Notes: generated from the sequence alone by a model not told the origin. Shown: positions 1 to 7,169, numbered from the stretch's first letter. The stretch: DNA of 7,530 bases from Candidatus Vampirococcus lugosii (GCF_018420025.1 NZ_JAEDAM010000078.1:1-7530), one strand, 5' to 3'. A program made the numbers and translations.

Positions 1-1
1 T

Positions 2-589
2 AATATCTATGAATTCATATCTGAATACATAGATATTAATTGAAAACCAGTAGCTGTTTATCTTGATCGTCATTCTGCATACAAAATCAATCATCCAAAA
101 GATCAATTTGATAAAGAAATGCTTAGCAGATTACAAGTTGCTTGTAATATATTATGAATTGAAGTTATTTATTCTAAGTGTCCTGAATGAAAATGAAGAG
201 TTGAAAATTCATTTAAAACACATCAAGACAGACTTATAAAAGAGATGAGACTTGCTTGAATTAAAAACATTGTTTCTGCTAATAAATTCTTATATGATTA
301 CTACATACCTAAACATAATAATAAGTTCTCTGTTGAAGCTAAAGTGTCTTGAAACTTCCATGTTCCTATCACTAAATATGAAAAAGAAAATCTTGAATGG
401 TTCTTTGCTAAAAAAGAGAAAAGAATTATTAAAAGAGATTGAACTGTTAATTACATGAATACAAAATATCAAATACATAAAAAACAATATTTACCTGCTT
501 GAAAGCAAGTAAATGTTGTTACATCTATGTTGGGGAAACTTAAAATATTTTCTTGAAATGTAGAATTATTATTTGATATTATTAATTAA
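2..589 (+). CDS. rve/DDE transposase, C-terminal fragment (5' end outside window); table 25
   Basis: With TGA=Gly it reads NIYEFISEYIDINGKPVAVYLDRHSAYKINHPKDQFDKEMLSRLQVACNILGIEVIYSKCPEGKGRVENSFKTHQDRLIKEMRLAGIKN...LFDIIN*. The LDRHS and KGRVEN motifs are the second Asp and the Glu of an integrase-core DDE triad. Stop TAA at 587..589. Confidence 0.85.
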
Positions 590-601
590 TTATTTATATT
601 A

Positions 602-650
602 TTACTGACATTTCTATTTTTGTTTTTTTACTGACATTTTAAAGTTGCTG
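602..650. repeat. IS right terminal inverted repeat (IRR) containing two TTACTGACATTT direct repeats
   Basis: TTACTGACATTT occurs at 602..613 and 628..639. The reverse complement of 606..650 aligns with 3326..3369, with shared blocks CAGCAAAGTT/AAAGTTGCTG, TGTCAGTA and AAATAGAAATGTCA. Confidence 0.6.
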
Positions 651-718
651 TTACAAGATTTATTTTGGGTGAATTTGTCAAATTTTTGGGAGTGAAGAAG
701 TTTATTTTGGACAAATCA

Positions 719-1597
719 TTACAAAATAATATCTTTCATATATCAATTTTTCTCTAAAACTTTTTTTAATTCAGCTCTATTAGCTAAATTAAATCATACT
801 TGGCTCCAAATTTTATGTTTTTCTTCTATTTGATTTTGTATTTTATTAAAAATTTTAACAAAATTTATTGAAATTTGCTCAAAACTTAATCACTCTCTTT
901 TACTATCTATATAATTTTTTTCAAAACAATCTACCAAATTGATACTTTTTCAGTCAACTGAAATATTAAGTAGTTGTTGTCTAGTATTTGCATATTTTAT
1001 GTTTTCTCATTGTCTTATACCATCCCAAAAACTATCTCTAACAATTACGGGTGCTATTATTTCTTTTAGATAATCATGTCAAACATCTGATAATTCTCAT
1101 ATTTTACTATAAACATTTTTAATTTGTTTTTCTCGTATAATATGACAATATTCATGCAAAAATATGTCTAAATAATTATTTTCTTGATTTTTGAATACTT
1201 CAGTTACAATAGAAAACTTTATAATATCACTACCAAATGTAGAACTTGGTAAAAAACTTGGATATATATGGACAGTCTCGTTATTTATTTGGTAGTCCAT
1301 AGTTTTACAAAAACCCTCCACGATTTTTTGTTTGTTTCAATTAAACAATTTTTTCCATTTTTTAATTATATCATCTATCTTGTATTTATATTCAAAATAT
1401 TTTTGTTCCAAAAAGTTATCAACTAATTTTTCTCATTCTGCTTGAGATATATTCTCTATATTAGCCAAACTATAATAACAAAAAAATATTGATTTACGAA
1501 CATGTCATCGTTTGTGGATATGTTTTTTTTCAAAGAGAAATTTTTTGAAAGATATTTTATCTTTTTCTACATCGCATTTTATTTTAAAATTTAGCAT
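719..1597 (-). CDS. 292-aa hypothetical protein with an HExxH motif (putative Zn-metallopeptidase, candidate leader peptidase); table 25
   Basis: Open only with TGA=Gly (10 in-frame TGA codons). ATG at 1597 lies 9 nt after the upstream TAATAA stop; stop TAA at 719..721. Sequence MLNFKIKCDVEKDKISFKKF...NYLDIFLHEYCHIIREKQIKNVYSKIGELSDVGHDYLKEII...KNGYMKDIIL. HEYCH is at 1142..1156. I do not recognise the family, so the function rests on the motif and context only. Confidence 0.7.
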
Positions 1598-1606
1598 GAG
1601 TATTTA

Positions 1607-2989
1607 TTATAATATTTCAATTATCTTTTTTTTATAAAGCATAAATAAAAATTTATTTAATTTTTTTTCATCAATTCAGATCTCTGAAGAAAGTTCAGAT
1701 AAAGAAAAATAATCTTTTTTTAACAATCTTTTTAACAAATATCATGAATCTCTAGTTACCATAGTATTAGCATATCACAAAGACAGAATATATCAATCAT
1801 TTTCTTCTCTGAAAATAATATTAGGTGATACTCTTAACTTTTCTCAAAGAAGAGAAGTAACCTTAATTTTATTTTGTTCCAACAATAGATGTATTTTTTT
1901 TCTATTAACTGGTTTTGCATAAGGATCCATTTGATTTATTTCTCATGTTGTTCACTTTGCTTCCATTCTACATCATCATGTACATTTTGATAAATATTCA
2001 CAAGACACACATGTTTCTGGAATCAAATCTCAATTTCTCCATTCCTGCATATTTTGCCATATTTCATCTAAATTTTTTTGAAATATATTTCAATAAGACA
2101 TGTCAGCATGAGTACATGGTCTAACTTCTCAGTCTGCTCATATTATTGAGGATGTTATTCAAGCAGTACACTTATGTCTAGAAAATTCTGCAAACTCAGG
2201 TATCTCTGACAATAAACACAAAGGATAACATTCTAATATGTCTACATACAATCATTGTTCTTTTTTTAGTCTTACTAAATCAGAAAGACTCAAAATAACA
2301 TCATCCTTATCAACAGCATAATCCATAAAGTTTGGTATGTTTGCTGGCCAAGATCATTTTGTAGCGAAAAAACTTTTAACTCATAGTTCTTTCAAAAAAT
2401 TACCTGTTTCATAAACATGGTCAATATTTAATTTTGTTAGGACCATATTAACTCAAATTTTAATATCCTCATCTAAAGCCGTTTTTATTCAAGAAATAAC
2501 TTTATTAAAATTTCATTCTTTTCAAGTAATTTGATCATGAACTTTTGAATCATAAGAAGTTAATGATGTTAAAATAGACCTCAATCATTTACTTTTTAGC
2601 TCTTGTGCTAATTTTTTTGTTAATAACATAACATTTGAGTTTAAACTGCAGGAGATTCAATGTTCAGAAAGTTGTTCTATTAAGAACAGAACGACATCTT
2701 TTTTGATTAGTGGTTCTCATCAAGTTATTCAAACATGGAAAACTCATGCTTTTTTCAATTGCTCAATAATAATTTTTGCTTTTTCAATATCAAGATGAAT
2801 ATGATTTCTATCAGTAATTTGCCAAGAATTGTAGCAATGTATACAGCTAACATTACAACTACTAGTTACTTCTATCTGCATACTTAATGGTGCAGATAGT
2901 TGTCTAGCAAAGTTTCATTTTAATGAATTTACCTTATTTGATTTTTCTCAGTTGCTACATATTTCATTACAATTATCACATCTATTCAT
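1607..2989 (-). CDS. Radical SAM/SPASM-domain peptide maturase (460 aa) with a C-terminal PqqD-like (RRE-type) domain; table 25
   Basis: Open only with TGA=Gly (29 in-frame TGA codons). MNRCDNCNEICSNGEKS...MQIEVTSSCNVSCIHCYN gives CX3CX2C at 2834..2857. VGITGGEPLIKK gives GGEPL at 2708..2722, with both Gly encoded by TGA. The SPASM signature is CTAGITSSIIGADGEVRPC (CX12GX4C) plus CVSCEYLSKCTGGC (CX2CX5CX3C, 1970..2011). The C-terminal ~80 aa read LRVSPNIIFREENDGYILSLGYANTMVTRDSGYLLKRLLKKDYFSLSELSSEIGIDEKKLNKFLFMLYKKKIIEIL. Stop is TAATAA. Confidence 0.93.
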
Positions 2990-3033
2990 GTTAATGTAAT
3001 ATATATTTAGATAAATACTGCATTGTGTTTAAA

Positions 3034-3060
3034 TCTCCAGCCAGACATTCTGACTGGAGA
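3034..3060 (-). terminator. Stem-loop between precursor and maturase genes (candidate attenuator or partial intrinsic terminator)
   Basis: Minus-strand RNA UCUCCAGUCAG-AAUGU-CUGGCUGGAGA forms an 11-bp stem (one G-U pair) with a 5-nt loop. Only a short UUU follows. It starts 9 nt after the precursor stop and ends 44 nt before the maturase ATG. Confidence 0.5.
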
Positions 3061-3069
3061 TGTTGAAGT

Positions 3070-3207
3070 TTATGAATCGCATGGTGTATTGTCGCAATCA
3101 CATGCATCACACAAATCGCAATTATCACAGTAATCACAACTGTCACATGATTCTGCAACAACATCACCATCACCAAACAAACTAACAAAACCGAGATCCA
3201 GACTCAT
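3070..3207 (-). CDS. 45-aa Cys/Asp-repeat RiPP precursor peptide (8 Cys, each followed by Asp)
   Basis: MSLDLGFVSLFGDGDVVAESCDSCDYCDNCDLCDACDCDNTPCDS*. ATG at 3207 lies 5 nt after a perfect AAGGAGG. It sits directly upstream of, and on the same strand as, the rSAM/SPASM gene. Stop TAA at 3070..3072. It contains no TGA codon, so it is visible in the standard-code track as the 3' part of ORF 3070..3297. Confidence 0.8.
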   Translation of the reverse strand: MSLDLGFVSLFGDGDVVAESCDSCDYCDNCDLCDACDCDNTPCDS

Positions 3208-3212
3208 AAATA

Positions 3213-3219
3213 CCTCCTT
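3213..3219 (-). promoter_or_regulatory. Shine-Dalgarno site AAGGAGG for the precursor peptide
   Basis: Plus-strand CCTCCTT is AAGGAGG on the minus strand, with a 5-nt spacer (TATTT) to the ATG at 3207. Confidence 0.65.
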
Positions 3220-3276
3220 TTTTTTATAAAGAATTAATGTTACAATAATTACAACCATTGCAACTACTGTAATATT

Positions 3277-3304
3277 CTTATAAAGATCTTTTTTCAAAAA
3301 TCAA
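3277..3304 (-). promoter_or_regulatory. Candidate sigma70-like promoter for the cassette (TTGATT-16 nt-TATAAG)
   Basis: The minus strand reads TTGATT (3304..3299), 16 nt, then TATAAG (3282..3277), about 70 nt upstream of the precursor ATG and about 22 nt from the IS end. In DNA this AT-rich, such matches arise easily by chance. Confidence 0.2.
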
Positions 3305-3325
3305 CACTTTTTGGCTCTATTGTGC

Positions 3326-3371
3326 CAGCAAAGTTAAATTGTCAGTACTAGGCACAAATAGAAATGTCAAT
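3326..3371. repeat. IS left terminal inverted repeat (IRL)
   Basis: CAGCAAAGTTAAATTGTCAGTACTAGGCACAAATAGAAATGTCAAT. The two (A)AAT(T)GTCA(G/A)T motifs at 3336..3347 and 3362..3371 mirror the two TTACTGACATTT repeats of the IRR. Confidence 0.6.
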
Positions 3372-3407
3372 ATAATAATATTGTTTTATTTTTTAAAAAA
3401 CAATATT

Positions 3408-4551
3408 ATGAATTTACTTTATACTGACAAACAAATGAACAAAGTCCGTATTATCCAAAAACTTATCGATAATAAGATAAACATCAAAGATGTTTGTGAT
3501 GCTTTAAGTTGTTCTGAAAGAACTGTTTATAGATATAAATCTACTCTTATCAATGAATGACCTCCTGGATTCATTCATTGATTAAAATGAAAAGTTTCCA
3601 ATCACAATCCATATTCCTCAAAACATCAAGACTTAGATAGAATAATAACTCAAAATAAGTTTATTTGATTTTGACCCACATTTTTATCTGAAAAGCTTCT
3701 TGAGATCTATTGATTCTATATCAATAAAGAATCTCTTAGAAAAAGAATGATTAGATTGTGATTATGGTTACCAAAACCAAAAAAGACTGTAGTTAAAAGG
3801 AAAAAAAGAGAAAGAAGTAAATCATTTTGATTACTTATTCAAATTGATTGATCTTAATCATGATTGGTTTGAAGATTGATCTGAATATTGTCTCATAAAT
3901 GCTGTTGATGATGCTACCTGAAAAACTACTCATGCTAAATTTACTACTTGAGAGTCCCTTATTAATATCTATGAATTCATATCTGAATACATAGATATTA
4001 ATTGAAAACCAGTAGCTGTTTATCTTGATCGTCATTCTGCATACAAAATCAATCATCCAAAAGATCAATTTGATAAAGAAATGCTTAGCAGATTACAAGT
4101 TGCTTGTAATATATTATGAATTGAAGTTATTTATTCTAAGTGTCCTGAATGAAAATGAAGAGTTGAAAATTCATTTAAAACACATCAAGACAGACTTATA
4201 AAAGAGATGAGACTTGCTTGAATTAAAAACATTGTTTCTGCTAATAAATTCTTATATGATTACTACATACCTAAACATAATAATAAGTTCTCTGTTGAAG
4301 CTAAAGTGTCTTGAAACTTCCATGTTCCTATCACTAAATATGAAAAAGAAAATCTTGAATGGTTCTTTGCTAAAAAAGAGAAAAGAATTATTAAAAGAGA
4401 TTGAACTGTTAATTACATGAATACAAAATATCAAATACATAAAAAACAATATTTACCTGCTTGAAAGCAAGTAAATGTTGTTACATCTATGTTGGGGAAA
4501 CTTAAAATATTTTCTTGAAATGTAGAATTATTATTTGATATTATTAATTAA
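3408..4551 (+). CDS. HTH + rve/DDE transposase (~380 aa) in two frames; needs a +1 shift at 3855 (possible pseudogene or recoding); table 25
   Basis: Frame 1, 3408..3854: MNLLYTDKQMNKVRIIQKLIDNKINIKDVCDALSCSERTVYRYKSTLINEGPPGFIHGLKGKVSNH...FIGFGPTFLSEKLLEIYGFYINKESLRKRMIRLGLW...SFGLLIQIDGS, then TAA. Frame 2, 3856..4551: NHDWFEDGSEYCLINAVDDATGKTTHAKF...YLDRHSAY...CPEGKGRVENSFKTHQDRLIKEMRLAGI...*. There are 21 in-frame TGA=Gly codons. The joined sequence QIDGS|NHDWFED matches the conserved first-Asp region of this transposase type. Confidence 0.85.
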
Positions 4552-4563
4552 TTATTTATATTA

Positions 4564-4612
4564 TTACTGACATTTCTATTTTTGTTTTTTTACTGACATT
4601 TTAAAGTTGCTG
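4564..4612. repeat. IS right terminal inverted repeat (IRR), copy 2 of 602..650
   Basis: Identical to 602..650. TTACTGACATTT occurs at 4564..4575 and 4590..4601, and the repeat ends in AAAGTTGCTG. Confidence 0.6.
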
Positions 4613-4680
4613 TTACAAGATTTATTTTGGGTGAATTTGTCAAATTTTTGGGAGTGAAGAAGTTTATTTTGGACAAATCA

Positions 4681-5559
4681 TTACAAAATAATATCTTTCA
4701 TATATCAATTTTTCTCTAAAACTTTTTTTAATTCAGCTCTATTAGCTAAATTAAATCATACTTGGCTCCAAATTTTATGTTTTTCTTCTATTTGATTTTG
4801 TATTTTATTAAAAATTTTAACAAAATTTATTGAAATTTGCTCAAAACTTAATCACTCTCTTTTACTATCTATATAATTTTTTTCAAAACAATCTACCAAA
4901 TTGATACTTTTTCAGTCAACTGAAATATTAAGTAGTTGTTGTCTAGTATTTGCATATTTTATGTTTTCTCATTGTCTTATACCATCCCAAAAACTATCTC
5001 TAACAATTACGGGTGCTATTATTTCTTTTAGATAATCATGTCAAACATCTGATAATTCTCATATTTTACTATAAACATTTTTAATTTGTTTTTCTCGTAT
5101 AATATGACAATATTCATGCAAAAATATGTCTAAATAATTATTTTCTTGATTTTTGAATACTTCAGTTACAATAGAAAACTTTATAATATCACTACCAAAT
5201 GTAGAACTTGGTAAAAAACTTGGATATATATGGACAGTCTCGTTATTTATTTGGTAGTCCATAGTTTTACAAAAACCCTCCACGATTTTTTGTTTGTTTC
5301 AATTAAACAATTTTTTCCATTTTTTAATTATATCATCTATCTTGTATTTATATTCAAAATATTTTTGTTCCAAAAAGTTATCAACTAATTTTTCTCATTC
5401 TGCTTGAGATATATTCTCTATATTAGCCAAACTATAATAACAAAAAAATATTGATTTACGAACATGTCATCGTTTGTGGATATGTTTTTTTTCAAAGAGA
5501 AATTTTTTGAAAGATATTTTATCTTTTTCTACATCGCATTTTATTTTAAAATTTAGCAT
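4681..5559 (-). CDS. HExxH-motif hypothetical protein, second identical copy
   Basis: Identical to 719..1597 shifted by 3962. Confidence 0.7.
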
Positions 5560-5568
5560 GAGTATTTA

Positions 5569-6951
5569 TTATAATATTTCAATTATCTTTTTTTTATAAA
5601 GCATAAATAAAAATTTATTTAATTTTTTTTCATCAATTCAGATCTCTGAAGAAAGTTCAGATAAAGAAAAATAATCTTTTTTTAACAATCTTTTTAACAA
5701 ATATCATGAATCTCTAGTTACCATAGTATTAGCATATCACAAAGACAGAATATATCAATCATTTTCTTCTCTGAAAATAATATTAGGTGATACTCTTAAC
5801 TTTTCTCAAAGAAGAGAAGTAACCTTAATTTTATTTTGTTCCAACAATAGATGTATTTTTTTTCTATTAACTGGTTTTGCATAAGGATCCATTTGATTTA
5901 TTTCTCATGTTGTTCACTTTGCTTCCATTCTACATCATCATGTACATTTTGATAAATATTCACAAGACACACATGTTTCTGGAATCAAATCTCAATTTCT
6001 CCATTCCTGCATATTTTGCCATATTTCATCTAAATTTTTTTGAAATATATTTCAATAAGACATGTCAGCATGAGTACATGGTCTAACTTCTCAGTCTGCT
6101 CATATTATTGAGGATGTTATTCAAGCAGTACACTTATGTCTAGAAAATTCTGCAAACTCAGGTATCTCTGACAATAAACACAAAGGATAACATTCTAATA
6201 TGTCTACATACAATCATTGTTCTTTTTTTAGTCTTACTAAATCAGAAAGACTCAAAATAACATCATCCTTATCAACAGCATAATCCATAAAGTTTGGTAT
6301 GTTTGCTGGCCAAGATCATTTTGTAGCGAAAAAACTTTTAACTCATAGTTCTTTCAAAAAATTACCTGTTTCATAAACATGGTCAATATTTAATTTTGTT
6401 AGGACCATATTAACTCAAATTTTAATATCCTCATCTAAAGCCGTTTTTATTCAAGAAATAACTTTATTAAAATTTCATTCTTTTCAAGTAATTTGATCAT
6501 GAACTTTTGAATCATAAGAAGTTAATGATGTTAAAATAGACCTCAATCATTTACTTTTTAGCTCTTGTGCTAATTTTTTTGTTAATAACATAACATTTGA
6601 GTTTAAACTGCAGGAGATTCAATGTTCAGAAAGTTGTTCTATTAAGAACAGAACGACATCTTTTTTGATTAGTGGTTCTCATCAAGTTATTCAAACATGG
6701 AAAACTCATGCTTTTTTCAATTGCTCAATAATAATTTTTGCTTTTTCAATATCAAGATGAATATGATTTCTATCAGTAATTTGCCAAGAATTGTAGCAAT
6801 GTATACAGCTAACATTACAACTACTAGTTACTTCTATCTGCATACTTAATGGTGCAGATAGTTGTCTAGCAAAGTTTCATTTTAATGAATTTACCTTATT
6901 TGATTTTTCTCAGTTGCTACATATTTCATTACAATTATCACATCTATTCAT
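5569..6951 (-). CDS. Radical SAM/SPASM peptide maturase with C-terminal PqqD-like domain, second identical copy
   Basis: Identical to 1607..2989 shifted by 3962. Confidence 0.93.
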
Positions 6952-6995
6952 GTTAATGTAATATATATTTAGATAAATACTGCATTGTGTTTAAA

Positions 6996-7022
6996 TCTCC
7001 AGCCAGACATTCTGACTGGAGA
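6996..7022 (-). terminator. Precursor-maturase intergenic stem-loop, second copy
   Basis: Identical to 3034..3060 shifted by 3962. Confidence 0.5.
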
Positions 7023-7031
7023 TGTTGAAGT

Positions 7032-7169
7032 TTATGAATCGCATGGTGTATTGTCGCAATCACATGCATCACACAAATCGCAATTATCACAGTAATCACA
7101 ACTGTCACATGATTCTGCAACAACATCACCATCACCAAACAAACTAACAAAACCGAGATCCAGACTCAT
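7032..7169 (-). CDS. 45-aa Cys/Asp-repeat RiPP precursor peptide, second identical copy
   Basis: Identical to 3070..3207 shifted by 3962. The AAGGAGG site is at 7175..7181. Confidence 0.8.
   Translation of the reverse strand: MSLDLGFVSLFGDGDVVAESCDSCDYCDNCDLCDACDCDNTPCDS

Larger units (their letters stand above)
1..650 (+). mobile_element. Right (3') part of an IS copy, truncated by the window start; identical to 3963..4612
   Basis: Contains the C-terminal transposase region and the right terminal inverted repeat ending near 650. Confidence 0.7.
3326..4612 (+). mobile_element. Complete insertion sequence (~1,287 bp): IRL - HTH/rve DDE transposase - IRR; ISNCY/IS481-like integrase-type transposase
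   Basis: Imperfect terminal inverted repeats at 3326..3369 and 4568..4612 bracket a single transposase gene. Boundaries are good to a few bp only. No target-site duplication is visible, as expected if copies are joined by recombination or amplification. Confidence 0.65.

Noticed and set aside
252-487. Standard-code ORFs 252..458 (+) and 290..487 (-), and their copies at 4214..4420 and 4252..4449
   Set aside because: They lie inside the transposase gene in the wrong frame or on the antisense strand. Their sequences are low-complexity and AT-driven with no motifs. The table-25 transposase frame explains the region.
674-717. Inverted repeat ATTTGTC ... GACAAAT, together with the TTTATTTTGG direct repeat (660..669, 701..710) downstream of the HExxH gene, as a terminator
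   Set aside because: The stem is only 7 bp, entirely AT-rich, with a ~30-nt loop and no U-tract. That is easily produced by chance in this composition.
1915-2124. 69-aa ORF on the plus strand (and its copy at 5877..6086)
   Set aside because: It is antisense to the SPASM region of the radical SAM gene, which has far stronger support. Its hydrophobic low-complexity translation is typical of antisense AT-rich DNA.
2991-3188. 65-aa minus-strand ORF MLVCLVMVML... overlapping the precursor gene (copy at 6953..7150)
   Set aside because: It is an alternative frame of the Cys-Asp repeat region and runs through the intergenic hairpin. It has no SD site. The periodic TG(T/C)GA(T/C) DNA simply stays open in a second frame.
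3208-3297. N-terminal extension of the precursor (MKKDLYKNITVVAMVVIIVTLILYKKKEVF, transmembrane-like) as given in the ORF track
   Set aside because: The M in the track comes from a TTG codon with no SD site. By contrast, the internal ATG at 3207 has a perfect AAGGAGG 5 nt upstream, and that SD would lie inside the extension. A membrane-anchored 75-aa form cannot be fully excluded.
3339-3407. Upstream extension of the transposase ORF (MSVLGTNRNVNIIILFYFLKNNI)
   Set aside because: It overlaps the IS terminal inverted repeat and adds low-complexity sequence before the HTH domain. The ATG at 3408 (MNLLYTDKQ...) is the more plausible start.
3801-3807. A7 run as an IS3/IS1-style -1 ribosomal slippery site for the transposase
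   Set aside because: The downstream conserved domain is in the +1 frame, not the -1 frame. A -1 ribosomal slip here leads into a frame without homology. Only the less likely loss of one A in the mRNA would work, and this is noted under the frameshift finding.
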